Program-made: the position numbers and the translations under genes | Part shown: positions 1-14,770 of the stretch, piece by piece | How positions within the stretch are numbered: the first letter of the stretch is position 1 | Layout: each line of letters starts with the position of its first letter | Source of the DNA: an uncultured Holophagales bacterium | GTDB lineage: Bacteria > Acidobacteriota > Thermoanaerobaculia > Multivoradales > UBA5704 | Assembly: GCA_963842525.1 (NCBI GenBank) | Contig: CAWJGT010000023.1 | Location: 288,001-352,000 of the forward strand | Direction: 5' to 3' | Length of the DNA stretch: 64,000 nt | Notes under the pieces: generated by a model | The model's input: the letters and a program-made list of their open reading frames with translations, nothing else | The model's database searches: none | Told to the model about the DNA's origin: nothing

Positions 1-3000
1 GCGTCCCCATATGCTCCCGTGAGGCCGATGCTTGGATCTCGCCGGAGAGCTCCGGACGCGTCCCCCCTCTCCCGGTCGGGGGGAGGGTGATGGGAGAGGG
101 GGACAGGGGGTGAGGCACCACATACGCCACCAGCATCCGTCCCTCTCCGCCCACCCGCTCCCGTGCCAGAACCGCGGCCTCGGCCACGGCCGGATGCGCC
201 GCAAGGGCCGCTTCGATCTCCCCCGGCTCGATACGGAAGCCGCGGATCTTGAGCTGGTCGTCGCTTCGCCCAAGGTACTGGAGGTCCCCGCCGGGAAGCC
301 GCCGGGCGAGGTCGCCCGAACGGTAGAGCCGCGCCCCGGGCTCGGAGGCATCGGGGACGAAGCGCTCGGCCGTCAGCTCCGGACGGCCGAGATAGCCGCG
401 CGCCAGGCCGCGCCCACCCACGCAGATCTCGCCGGGCACGAGGTCCGGCACCGGCCGGCCGTGGCCGTCGAGGAGCGAGATCCGGAGGTCCGGGATCGGC
501 TCTCCGATCATGCTGCCGGGCGCATTCGCGAGGTCGGCCTGCACGATCCGCCGGAAGGTCACATGCACGGTCGTCTCGGTGATGCCGTACATGTTGGCCA
601 GCCGGGGCCGCTCGCCGCCATGCCGCTCGATCCAGGGCGCCAGGACCGGCAGCTCCAACGCCTCGCCGCCGAAGATCACCCACCGCAGGGACGGCCCCAC
701 GGGGACTGCGCCAGCATGGTCCCGCTCCCACTGCACAAGTTGGCGGAAGGCCGACGGGGTCTGGTTGAGGACGGTCACCCGCTCCTCCGCCAGCAGGCGG
801 GCCAAGGCCTCGGGCGAGCGGCTCACCCAGAACGGCACCACCACGAGCCGGCCGCCCCACGCCAGGGCGCCCCAGATCTCCCACACCGAGAAGTCGAACG
901 CAAAGGAGTGGAAGAGCGTCCAGACGTCCTGGGACGAGAAGCCGAACCGGGGCTGGCAGGCGGCGAGCAGGCGGGCCACCTCGGCGTGACGGACCACGAC
1001 ACCCTTGGGCCGCCCCGTCGAGCCGGAGGTGTAGATCACATACGCGGCGTTGTCCTCCTCTGCACCACCCGCGAGGCGTTCGGGGTTTTCCAGGTCCTGC
1101 AGGTCATCGAGTCGCACGAGGGCCAGGCGGTCCGCCCCGGGCAGGCGCCCGGCAAGCTCATCCCGGGTAACTACGACACGGACGCCCGAATCCTCCACAA
1201 GGAACGCCAGCCGCTCGGTCGGAAGGTCCGGATCAAGTGGGACATAGGCGCCGCCGGCCTTGAGGATGCCGAGGATGCCGAGCGGGGTCTCGGGCGAGCG
1301 CTGGAGGCAGAGCCCGACCCGGATCTCCGGGCCGACGCCGAGGCGCCGGAGCCGGCGGGCCAGCCGGTTCGAGCAGCGCGTCGAGCTCGCCATAGGTCGT
1401 CCCGCGTCCCTCGAACAAGACGGCGACCGCTCGAGGGTCCCGGTCCGCAGCGGCTTCGAAGAGGCGGTGCAGAGCCCTCTCCCCCTGACCCCCTCTCCCG
1501 TGCGGCCCCCATTCCTCCACCCCGAACGGGAGAGGGGGAACGCTGTGGTGATCCTCGGAAGAAACAACTGACGGTTGGGTGGCGGCGCCCCTCTCCCGCT
1601 CGGGATGGGGGGTGGTGGACGCGCGGGGGAGGGGTCGGGGGAGGGGGCTCACAACGGCCCTGATCTCCTCCTCCGTCAGCATCGGCAGCTCGGAAAGCCG
1701 GCGCTCCGGATCGGCCGCCATCCCGGCGAGGAGCGCCTGAAAATGGCCGGCGATGCGGGCGGCGGCCGGGGCATCGAAAAGGTCGGTGCTGTACTCGAAA
1801 TAGCCCTCGAGGTCGTCGCCCGCCTCGGTGACCGACAGCATCAGGTCGTAGCGCGCCGTCCGCGCCTCGGTATCCAACGCGGCAAGCTCGACGCCGGGCA
1901 GGTGGAACGCGACGGGTGGCGTGTTCTGGAAGGACAGGACCACCTGGACGAGCGGCGGGCGCAGCGGATCGCGGTCAATCCGCAGCTCCTCGATCAGCTT
2001 TTCGAAAGGGAGGTCCTGGTGTGCCTGGGCGCCGACGGTCGCCTCGCGGGTGCGCGCCAGGAGGGTGCGGACCGAGGGGTCGCCGGACAGATCCGCCCGC
2101 AGGACCAGGGTATTCACGAAGAGCCCGATCAGTCCTTCGAAGCTCCGCCCGGTTGCGCCCGGCCACCGGCGAGCCCACGAGCAGGTCGGTCGCGCCGGAG
2201 TAGCGGTGCAGCAGGATATCGAGCCCGGCGAGAAGGATCATGAAGAGCGTCGCTCCCTCGCCGCGGGCCAGCGCCCGCAGCTCTGCCGGGAGATCTCCCG
2301 CCAGAGTGAAGAGCTGGTCCGCACCGCCGGAGCCGCGGACGGCCGGCCAGGGACGGGTGACCGGCAGCTCGACGACCGGCGGCGCCCCGTCGAGAGCCTG
2401 CCTCCAGTAGCCAAGCTGCGCCTCCAGCCGCTCGCCTTCGAGCCACTCCCGCTGCCAGACGGCGAAGTCGGGCACCTGGACCGGCAGCTCCGGCAGCGGC
2501 GAGGGCCTCTCCAGCAGGCGCGCTTCGTAGAGGGCCGCGAAATCGCGCACGAACACGGCGATCGACCAGCCGTCGGACACGATGTGATGCATCGTCACCA
2601 GCGCGACGTGCTCCTCCGGCCCGCAGCGCAGCAGGGCGGCCCGCACCAGCCGGTCCCGGGAGAGGTCGAACGGCAGCAGCCCCTCCTCCTCGACGATGCG
2701 CTCCACCTCGGCCGAACGGACCTCCGCGGGCAGGCCAGCCAGGTCGACGATCGGCGCCGGCAGCGGCTCCGGCGGGCGGACGACCTGGACCGGCCGCCCC
2801 CCCACGACATCGAAGCCGGTCCGCAGGCTCTCCTGCCGCCGCACCAGCTCGTCGAAGGCCCAGCGCAGCGCCGGAATGTCGAGGCGTCCCTGGAAACGGG
2901 TGGCCGACGAGATGTTCCATGCCGGGTTGCGCGGCTGCCACTGGTCCATGAACCAGAGCCGCTGCTGGGCGAAGGAGAGCGGCAGCTCACGGTCGCGCGG

Positions 3001-3144
3001 CACCGGCCGCAGCTCGAGCTCGTCCGGCTCGCGTTCGGCCGCCTTCCGCCGCAAGCGAAGCATGAGCAACGCCCGCTGCTCCGGCGTGAGGCCGGCCAGG
3101 CTATCGTTCAAAGCGGTCGAATCGATGACTTCGGGGCTGCTCAT
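1..3144 (-). CDS. Non-ribosomal peptide synthetase, first module (C-A), runs off the left edge; frameshifts near 2141 and 1372
   Basis: C-domain motifs LPLSFAQQRLWF and HHIVSDGWS. A-domain motifs AAYVIYTSGSTGRPKGV, FDFSVWEIWGAL, LNQTPSAF, IFGGEAL, NMYGITETTVHVT and LVAYVVP, read across ORFs 1975..3144, 1233..2117 and the unlisted frame down to position 1. Confidence 0.93.
62..115. repeat. REP-like palindromic element (CCCCTCTCCC..GGGAGAGGGG..GGGGGTGAGG family) inside the NRPS
   Basis: Same motif as the intergenic copies at 8481, 42935 and 56082; translates in frame as PHPLSPSPITLPPTGRGG. Confidence 0.8.
1472..1651. repeat. Inverted pair of REP-like elements inside the NRPS C-A linker
   Basis: CCCTCTCCCCCTGACCCCCTCTCCC..GGGAGAGGGGG followed by CCCCTCTCCC..GGGGGAGGGGTCGGGGGAGGGG; the frame of ORF 1233..2117 stays open through it. 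Confidence 0.8.
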
Positions 3145-3359
3145 GGCCAGAGGGAATGACCGGAGGGAAGCCGGTCAGAGGAAGAACGTAGACGGTCTCA
3201 CAGATCTCTCATGGATTCAACCGGGGCCTCCGCGGCTCGCCGCGCTTTCTCTACGGAGTGACCTAAAAGGCATGGATTGGAGCGGCTCCTTGCCGCTTTT
3301 CACCCTACGATCCGACACTGACGCCGGAGGGGCTGCGAGCGGTTTTTGCCGTCGCACCT

Positions 3360-4079
3360 CTACCCTGACGAGCTTCCCTCTGCCTCGGGAGAAAACAGCG
3401 ACAGCACCGGCAGCCCCAGCCGCTGGCGCACGATCTGGAACCGCAGCCGCTCGCGCGAGCGCTCCAGCTCCTCGGCAGGCAGCCGGGCGCGCAGTCCGGC
3501 GAGGGTCTTCTCCACCGCCGCCTCCACCTCGGCCCAGCCGGCCTCATCCAGCGCGGCTCCGGCTCTGGCGAGCATCTCGGTGTCCAGATCGGACAACCCT
3601 TCCTCCACCGTCGGGGGATCTCCCGCCAGCATTGTGATCCGGGAAGCGATCTCTTCGCGGCCCGGGAGGCTCTGCGGTAGCGCCGCAGCGAGGGCGTGCA
3701 GGCGACCAGGGATGTGGAACGGCGGCGCCTTCGCACGCTCGCCAGGGGCGGTCAGCTCGCGCAGCTCCGCCCAGGCGGCCTCGACGGCAGGGGCGCAGTA
3801 GCGAAGGCTCGAAAGCCTGCCTCTGGCGCCACGCTCCTTCCCACGCTCCTTCCACTTGGCGAAGGCATCCTCCAGGACACGCTCGATCAGGTCCAGAGGA
3901 ATGCCCGCCTCATACCAGCGGAAAGCGACGTGGTAGTCAGCCGGAGGGAGCAGCGTGGCGGAATTCCGGAGCCTGAGGAAGATGTCCTCGATGGCCAGGA
4001 AGTATGCGTGGCCACCAAGATCGTCTTGAACCTCCATCATGGTGTCCGGAGGTGTTTTCCCCTCAGGGGGTGAGGTCAT
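3360..4079 (-). CDS. Hypothetical protein coupled to coaX
   Basis: 239-aa ORF whose start overlaps the coaX stop (ATGA); protein-like composition. Confidence 0.75.
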   Translation of the reverse strand: MTSPPEGKTPPDTMMEVQDDLGGHAYFLAIEDIFLRLRNSATLLPPADYHVAFRWYEAGIPLDLIERVLEDAFAKWKERGKERGARGRLSSLRYCAPAVEAAWAELRELTAPGERAKAPPFHIPGRLHALAAALPQSLPGREEIASRITMLAGDPPTVEEGLSDLDTEMLARAGAALDEAGWAEVEAAVEKTLAGLRARLPAEELERSRERLRFQIVRQRLGLPVLSLFSPEAEGSSSG

Positions 4080-4894
4080 CCCCGATTCCGGTCATAGATC
4101 AGCTTCAGCCCCGCCAGGGTGAGCATCGGGTCCACGTCCCGGATGTACTTCGAGCCCTCGGCGATCAGGTCGGCCTGGCCGCCGGTGGCGACCACGGTCT
4201 TGATCCCCGGGATGTCGGCGAGCAACCGCTCCAGGATGCCGTCCACCAGGCCGATGTAGCCGTAGTAGATGCCGGCCTGCATGGCCCCGGCGGTGTTCTT
4301 CCCCACCAGCTCGTGCGGCTTGCGGACGTCGACCCGGTAGAGCCGCGAGGCGTGCGCGAAGAGCGCCTCGGCCGAGATCATGATGCCGGGCGCGATGATG
4401 CCGCCCACGTACTCCCCCGCCGCGCTCACCACGTCGAAGGTGGTCGCCGTGCCGAAGTCCACCACGATGACCGGCGCGCCGTAGCGCTCGCGGGCGGCCA
4501 CGGCGTTGACGATGCGGTCAGCCCCGACCTCGGCCGGGTTGTCGTAGCGGATCGGCATGCCGGTGCGCACGCCCGGCTCGATGAAGAGCGGCTTCTGGCC
4601 GAAGTAGCGGCGCGCCAGGTGGTCGAGGGTCATATGGAGCGGCGGCACCACCGACGAGATCACCACGGCCTCGGCCGCCATGGGGTCGACTCCCCCGCGG
4701 GTGAAGAGCGGCAGCAGGAGCGAGCCGTACTCGTCCGCCGTCCGCTCCGTGTCGGTGGAGAGCCGGAAGCTCTCGATCAGCTCGTCCCCTCGATAGACCC
4801 CGAACACCGTGTTGGTGTTGCCCACGTCGACCAGGACGATCAGTCCGCTCGTGCTCCCCTCGCCGTCCCGCGTCCGCCTCCGTCCGTCTGTCAT
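4076..4894 (-). CDS. coaX: Type III pantothenate kinase
   Basis: VDVGNTNTV, EVGADRIVNA, VVDFGTATT and GGIIAPG motifs; start placed at the ATGA overlap with the birA stop. Confidence 0.95.
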   Translation of the reverse strand: MTDGRRRTRDGEGSTSGLIVLVDVGNTNTVFGVYRGDELIESFRLSTDTERTADEYGSLLLPLFTRGGVDPMAAEAVVISSVVPPLHMTLDHLARRYFGQKPLFIEPGVRTGMPIRYDNPAEVGADRIVNAVAARERYGAPVIVVDFGTATTFDVVSAAGEYVGGIIAPGIMISAEALFAHASRLYRVDVRKPHELVGKNTAGAMQAGIYYGYIGLVDGILERLLADIPGIKTVVATGGQADLIAEGSKYIRDVDPMLTLAGLKLIYDRNRG

Positions 4895-5724
4895 TCGAGC
4901 ACCTCCCCCGAGGACAGGAGCAGCTCCTCGCCATCTTTCGTCGCTAATTTGAGCCGTCCCAGATCGTCGAACCCGCGGAACGTCCCTTCGACGGTCCCCT
5001 GCCCGACCTGGCAGGTGATGGGCTCGCACTCCCGATGGACCGACAGACCGCGGTACTGCTCGACGGCGTAGGCGGCGTCGCCCAGATGGACCAGCTCGGC
5101 CTCGAGGCCGGCGACCAGGTCCCAGACCAGCCGGCCGAGCGGTATCAGGATGGGTTCTCCGCCGAGCAGGCGGAGCGAGGTGCCGGTCTCCGGCAGCTCG
5201 CCGGCCTCATGGCCATGGTTCACTCCGAAGCCGATGATCGCCAGAGCGCAGTCATCCGGCCGGACCACCGCCTCGATCAGGATCCCCCCGATCTTCTTGC
5301 GTTCTCCATGGGTCTCGACCACCAGGTCGTTCGGCCACTTGAGACGGCAGGTGGCCGGCAGGTGCCGGGCGAGCCCGCGGCAGAGCCCGATGCCGACCAG
5401 CAGCGGGAGGGTCTGCAGGAGCCCGGCCTCGTGGGCCCACAGCACCCGCGTGGCATAGACCCCCTTGCCCGGCGGGCTCATCCAGCTCCGGCCCTGCCGC
5501 CCGCGCCCGCCGCGCTGCTCCAGGGCGAGGATCAACACCGAATGGAGCTCCTGCTCCTCCTGGTCGTACTCCTTCACGATCTCGCGCGCCAGCAGGTTGG
5601 TCGAGTCCACGCTGCGCACGATGACGAGGTTCTCGGGGATGCGGTACTCCGTTCGATCTTCCTGGGGCGGCCGGGTCCGCTCCAACTCGTCCAGATAGGC
5701 GGCGAAAAGGTCCCCGGAGCCCAC
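4891..5724 (-). CDS. birA: Biotin-[acetyl-CoA-carboxylase] ligase (no HTH)
   Basis: VDSTN, GRGRQGRSW, LKWPNDL and KIGGILIE motifs. Confidence 0.93.
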   Translation of the reverse strand: MGSGDLFAAYLDELERTRPPQEDRTEYRIPENLVIVRSVDSTNLLAREIVKEYDQEEQELHSVLILALEQRGGRGRQGRSWMSPPGKGVYATRVLWAHEAGLLQTLPLLVGIGLCRGLARHLPATCRLKWPNDLVVETHGERKKIGGILIEAVVRPDDCALAIIGFGVNHGHEAGELPETGTSLRLLGGEPILIPLGRLVWDLVAGLEAELVHLGDAAYAVEQYRGLSVHRECEPITCQVGQGTVEGTFRGFDDLGRLKLATKDGEELLLSSGEVLE

Positions 5725-5725
5725 C

Positions 5726-8377
<2,652 letters not shown>

Positions 8378-8480
8378 GTCAAGGCCCGTTGCGGGCCGGC
8401 CGGGTTCGGTCACGTCTGCCTCGTCGTCTGTCTCGTCGTTGTCTCGCCGCAAGGGAAATCCCTCGCCTCTCGTATTTCTT

Positions 8481-8537
8481 CCCCCTCTCCCGGGGGGTCG
8501 CGAGGGCGGATGGGAGAGGGGGTCAGGGGGTGAGGGG
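8481..8537. repeat. REP-like palindromic element
   Basis: CCCCTCTCCCGGGGGG..GGATGGGAGAGGGGGTCAGGGGGTGAGGGG, intergenic. Confidence 0.8.
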
Positions 8538-8541
8538 TTCC

Positions 8542-9646
8542 CTACAGGTCCTCGGCCTGGCTCTCGAGCTCGCGCAGGCGCTCCCGGATGACCACCTCGG
8601 CCATGTCCGGGATGACCTCCCAGGCGACGTCCCGGACGGTCTTGTCGCCCAGCAGCTCGACGACCCGCCGCGCGATCCGATCCACGTCGTCGTCGCTCAG
8701 CCCGCCGCCGCCGTTGGCGGATGCAGGGGTGACCGAACCTACCGCTAAAGGCGCCGATAAAGGCGCCGGTAGAGGGGTCGCCAACGGCGGCGGGGCGGAC
8801 CAGGAAGACTCCGGCTCGTGCGCGGCTGCGAACGACGGCGGAGGTGGCGCCTCGATCCGCGCTTCCATCTCGGAAAAGCTGTCCACCAGAGGCGCCGCCT
8901 CCAGCGGCACACCGAGCCGCTCTTCGGGCGTCGCGGCGAAGCCGGCCGGGCTGCTCACTTCGGGAAAAACGGGGTCGGCGAACACCGGTTCGTCGAGCGA
9001 GACCTGCGGGCTCTCGAGGTCGAACAGCGGCTCGTCCACCGGGAAGGCGGTCTCCGGAGCCGCGTAGGCCAGGGCCGAGCGGTCTTCCTCCAGGACGAAG
9101 GGGCTCTCCTCGTCGAGGAACGGGCTCTGCAGGGGCGGCTCCGGCTCGGCCTGCACCTCGGGCCACTCCGGCCAAGCCGGGGCGGGAGGGGCCCCGGCCG
9201 CCTGGGCCATGGGATCAGTGACCGAAAGGTCCGGCTCCGGCTCGGACAGCGAGAGGGGCAGCTCGGCGACCCGGGCCGACGGAGACCGGGCGAGCAGCTC
9301 GTCGACCCGCTGCAGCAGCTCCTGGGAATCGAAAGGCTTCTTCAGGAACGAGTCGGCGCCCGCGGCACGCGCCTGGCTCTCGTCGAACGGCTCGAAAGTG
9401 CCCACGAGCAGCAGCACCGGCAGGTCCGGGCGCGTCGCCTTGGCGCGCCTGCAGACCTCATAGCCGTTGGCCCCGGGCATGTGCACGTCGGCGATGACGA
9501 AGTCCGGGTCGAGCTTCCGGCAGCGCGGCAATGGCGTCGTCGCCGTTGCTGACCGCTCGGACGTCGTAGTCCTCGTCCATGAACGTCAGCTCGATCACCT
9601 TCTGGATCGTGACGCTGTCGTCGGCCAGCAGAATACGTCTCTTCAT
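8542..9646 (-). CDS. RomR-like response regulator (receiver, Pro/acidic linker, conserved C-terminal helix); frameshift near 9525
   Basis: [30 protein letters not shown] and KKPFD receiver motifs; C-terminus [21 protein letters not shown]; lies next to valS. Confidence 0.85.
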
Positions 9647-9674
9647 AGCTCCTCCGCGAGATTTGGCGACGGGA

Positions 9675-10076
9675 TCAGGCCGCCTGGATGCGGTCCTGCA
9701 GATAGCGCACGATGTCCTTGGTGGAGGTCCCCGGCAGGAAGATCTCGTCGATGCCCGAGCCCTTGAGCACTGCGACGTCCTGCGCCGGGATGATGCCGCC
9801 GGCAAAGACCAGGATGTCCGCGGCTCCCTGCTCCTTGAGCAGGCGCGTCACTTCGGGCAGCAGCGCATTGTGCGCCCCGGAAAGGATCGAGAGCCCCACC
9901 GCGTCGACGTCCTCCTGGACGGCGGCCGAGGCGATCTGCTCCGGCGTCTGGCGCAGCCCGGTGTAGATCACCTCGTAGCCGGCGTCGCGCAGGGCCCGCG
10001 CCACCACCTTCGCGCCACGGTCGTGCCCATCCAGGCCCGGCTTGGCGATCAGGATGCGAATCGGTCTGTCCCTCAT
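9675..10076 (-). CDS. Methylmalonyl-CoA mutase, cobalamin-binding subunit
   Basis: [14 protein letters not shown] (DxHxxG), [10 protein letters not shown] and AGGIIP motifs. Confidence 0.95.
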   Translation of the reverse strand: MRDRPIRILIAKPGLDGHDRGAKVVARALRDAGYEVIYTGLRQTPEQIASAAVQEDVDAVGLSILSGAHNALLPEVTRLLKEQGAADILVFAGGIIPAQDVAVLKGSGIDEIFLPGTSTKDIVRYLQDRIQAA

Positions 10077-10093
10077 GGCGCGCGATTGTAACA

Positions 10094-10126
10094 CCTCACC
10101 CCCACCCCCCTTTCCCGGGGGGTGAG
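10094..10126. repeat. Short REP-like hairpin
   Basis: CCTCACCCCC..GGGGGGTGAGG inverted repeat just after the stop of 10128..11381. Confidence 0.6.
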
Positions 10127-10127
10127 G

Positions 10128-11381
10128 TCAGAACGTCTCCAGGTCCACCAGCCGCAGGCCCTGGCCGAGGAGCTCCTTCCACTTGGCCGCGAAGGCCGGC
10201 CACTCGGCGGGCGGCTGCAGGTCGCCCTTGAGCCCGCTGTGGAGCCCGGCATCGAAGAGGCGCTTGCCGCCCTCGGTGTAGCCCTCGATGTCGAAGATCT
10301 GCGTGCCGCCGTCGCTCGCCCTCTTCCACTCGCTGTAGAGCTTGTCCCAGTCGTACTCGAACCACAGGCCGTAACCTCCGGCGCCGGCCCGGAAAACGCC
10401 GGCATAGAGGCGCTTGCCGCTGTCCGACCGGTAATGCTCGAGGTCGACCAGGCGCAGGTCCTGACCCGACAGCTCGTACCACTTCTTCTGGAACTCGTCC
10501 TTGTCCTGCCCGACCCAGAACGACTCCGGGTCCCATCCGTTGTGGAAGAGGCCGTTGAAGAAGCGCTTCCCCCCCTGCTCGTAGATGACGACGTCCACCA
10601 GCCGCATCCCGTCGTCGGTGAGGTTCTTCCACTTCCCGGAGAAGGCCTCCCACTCCAGGCCGGTGACGATCTCGCTCTTCTCCGGGCCGGAGTAGAAGAT
10701 GCCGCTCCACAGGCGCTGGCTGCCGTCCATCCAGGTCTCCAGCATGGCCGGGTGCGACCCCTTGGCGGCGAGCCGGTCCGACCGCGCCTTGAAGCGGTCC
10801 CAGGGCAGGCCGACCACCACCGCGCGTCCGCCCGGCAGCTTCTCGTAGACGCCGATCCACGTGCGCGCCGCCGCGGGCTTCTTTTCCTTGGCCGCAGCCG
10901 GTGCAGGCGGTGCTGGCGGCGTCCCGATCTCCAGGCTGTCCACGGCCAGCGTGACATGCACCGTGCCCTCGTCCTCGCTCCCCAGCTTCAGCACATAGTC
11001 GCCGCCTCCGGGGATGCTGATCGACTCCTTCTGCACCTCGTCCCAGGCCTCGGAGAACCAGCCGTCGTCCTCGAACAGGGTGCAGGCCAGGGCGACCGGG
11101 AAGCTCTGGACGTCGAACGTCTTGTTGATGTCCAGCGAGCTGGCCCCGACGACCTCTCCGGCGACGATCTCCTGGTCGCGGCCGCTGCCGATCCGGCAGG
11201 CCAGCCGCCATTCGCAGGCACCGCCCTCCTCACACCTTTCAGCCTTCATCTTGGTGAACGCGATCCGTCCCTCCGCCCGCGCGCCGGCCGCTCCGCCCAG
11301 CAGGAGCAGCCCTCCCAGCGCGGCAGGCAGGGCACGGCGAGAGACTTGGCGCATCGTGGCCAGAACCATCTGGAATGTCAT
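10128..11381 (-). CDS. Secreted protein with tandem BTRD1-like repeats
   Basis: Signal peptide (AGARA-EG); repeated W..F..KW..L...G.RLVD.E.Y...GKR.[YF].G.F units. Confidence 0.8.
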   Translation of the reverse strand: MTFQMVLATMRQVSRRALPAALGGLLLLGGAAGARAEGRIAFTKMKAERCEEGGACEWRLACRIGSGRDQEIVAGEVVGASSLDINKTFDVQSFPVALACTLFEDDGWFSEAWDEVQKESISIPGGGDYVLKLGSEDEGTVHVTLAVDSLEIGTPPAPPAPAAAKEKKPAAARTWIGVYEKLPGGRAVVVGLPWDRFKARSDRLAAKGSHPAMLETWMDGSQRLWSGIFYSGPEKSEIVTGLEWEAFSGKWKNLTDDGMRLVDVVIYEQGGKRFFNGLFHNGWDPESFWVGQDKDEFQKKWYELSGQDLRLVDLEHYRSDSGKRLYAGVFRAGAGGYGLWFEYDWDKLYSEWKRASDGGTQIFDIEGYTEGGKRLFDAGLHSGLKGDLQPPAEWPAFAAKWKELLGQGLRLVDLETF

Positions 11382-11445
11382 AGGGATACCCTCCGTCGCA
11401 GAATCCGTGGCCTATCTTAGGCCAGAAATCGCGATCGGGGGGTAG

Positions 11446-11940
11446 TTATCGTAAAAGATAGTCGACCAGGTCGGTCGCGGGGGGCTGGTGGCCGAGCTGG
11501 CGCAGGAGAGAGGTCACCTGGCCGCGGTGGTAGGAGGTGTGGTTCACCAGGTGGAGCACCAGTTGCCAGAGCGGTGCGGTGCGGGTCTCGCCCTCCGAGC
11601 TGGTCCAGGTGATGAGGTCGGCGAGGTGAGAGTCCGTCAGGCTGGCGACGAAGGCTTCGACCTCCGAGGCCATCTCCTCCCAGCCATGGATCCAGGAGAG
11701 GAGGTCCGGGAAGTCCTCCAGCCTGGGCCGGTGGTCCAGCGGCTGGCCCGAGAAGCGCGACAGCCAGAGCTTCTGCGAGCCGAGCGTATGGACCATGGTG
11801 CCGAGGAGAGACCCGAAGCTGACCCCGGCCTCGCGGGTCAAGTCGTCGGGCGACACCGCCCGCACCGCGCTGAGCGTCGTGCGGTCGGCCCACAGCATGT
11901 AGAGAAGCAGGTCCCGCACTGCCGCAGAAGAGATCGACAT
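11446..11940 (-). CDS. DinB family protein
   Basis: GSLLGTMVH and HLVNHTSYHRGQVTSLLRQLG motifs. Confidence 0.92.
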   Translation of the reverse strand: MSISSAAVRDLLLYMLWADRTTLSAVRAVSPDDLTREAGVSFGSLLGTMVHTLGSQKLWLSRFSGQPLDHRPRLEDFPDLLSWIHGWEEMASEVEAFVASLTDSHLADLITWTSSEGETRTAPLWQLVLHLVNHTSYHRGQVTSLLRQLGHQPPATDLVDYLLR

Positions 11941-11955
11941 GGGCGCCCTCCGCGG

Positions 11956-13719
<1,764 letters not shown>

Positions 13720-13802
13720 CGAGGGCTCTCCTTTCCAGGCGGGCGGGGCAAAGCAGTGCCGGGCGCCCCTCCCCGGGTCCCGACAAGTATAGCCGACACG
13801 CG

Positions 13803-13868
13803 CTCTCCCCTCCCCCGACCCCTCCCCCGCGCGGCCACCACACGCCCACCCCAAGCGGGAGAGGGGCG
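13803..13868. repeat. REP-like palindromic element
   Basis: CTCTCCCCTCCCCCGACCCCTCCCCC..GGGAGAGGGGCGCC, closely matching the reverse complement of the 1588-1651 copy. Confidence 0.75.
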
Positions 13869-13931
13869 CCACCACCCGGCCCTCTGACTGGATGGAAAGG
13901 TGGCGGGTCAGATGCGGAGTTGGCTCGCCAC

Positions 13932-14030
13932 CCGGCCCAACGGGCCGGCAGAGCATAGCCCGGGGCTGAGGCCGCAGGCCGATGCCCCGGGTAGAAAGGC
14001 AACCAACCAATGCGGCCTGAAAGGCCCGCG
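13932..14030. repeat. Second REP-like palindrome family (GGCCCAACGGGCC / GGCCTGAAAGGCC hairpins)
   Basis: Several short perfect hairpins in intergenic DNA. Confidence 0.55.
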
Positions 14031-14112
14031 AGAGATTTTTCTGATCGGGTCGGCCTCGCCGGTCCGGCGCGTCCCATCCTCGCAAATGCAGCACCCGGAG
14101 CCTTTGAGACTC

Positions 14113-14300
14113 CGCGCGACCCGGACCGCGAGTCCGGTCACAGGGACCGCGCAACGCCCCACACGGACCACGGGTCCTGTGACCGGACCCGCCAATGTGC
14201 ATCCGGTTTGGCGAAGCCAGTGACAGGGACCGCGGTCCGCGTGACCGGACCCACGGTCCGCGCAGCGGGCTTCGCGGTCCCGGCCACACGGAGCGGAAGA
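14113..14300. repeat. Degenerate tandem repeat with about 21-bp period
   Basis: GACCGGACC / CAGGGACCGCG / CACGGACC units recur about every 21 nt. Confidence 0.55.
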
Positions 14301-14598
14301 CGGGGCCGCGTTTTGCGAGGCGGATGACGGGAACCACGAAACCAGGAGCGCGACCCGCGGTCCGCGCCGGGGATCGCGTGGGCCCGCAGGCCTCGACATC
14401 CCAGGAGCCGACGCGGCTCGCGAGGCCCGTCGCTGGAGCGGCAGGTCCGGTCGCCGGCTCCGGGACCGGCCACCGCCCAGATCCTCTCGCTACGCTCAGG
14501 ATGATACGACGGAACTGACGCTTGGCTGGTCCATCTCGTTCGCTGGCAAGCCCTACGCCGACCCCAAGACGAACTGATTCCCGTCCGGATCGGCGAAG

Positions 14599-14770
14599 AT
14601 GGCCGGCGAGGCCACGGTCCAGATAAGCCTTCTGGACATCTCTGAGGGAACCGGCCTGTCGAAGCGACTCAGTGCAGGAGGCGTTCCGCTTGCTCTCCAA
14701 GCGCCGGCTGCTTTCGATTCAGCGCGAGAGCATCACGGCGATCCCTCTCTACACCGTGCTGCGCCCGTCA
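14599..14770 (+). pseudogene. C-terminal remnant of a winged-helix DNA-binding protein
   Basis: [18 protein letters not shown] / [33 protein letters not shown] across a frameshift; HTH pattern with no intact N-terminus. Confidence 0.6.

Noticed and set aside
32-1663. 543-aa plus-strand ORF and similar long antisense ORFs (6248..8533, 11488..13887, 28997..32443, 48585..50507)
   Set aside because: These are shadow ORFs opposite well-supported genes in high-GC DNA and carry no recognisable motifs.
8378-9175. N-terminal extension of ValS
   Set aside because: It is an alternative frame of the regulator gene plus a REP element; ValS homology starts near 8377.
13720-14700. Long N-terminal extension of methylmalonyl-CoA mutase (914-aa ORF)
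   Set aside because: The extension runs through REP and tandem repeats; the RBS and homology begin at MAVKDQ (13719).
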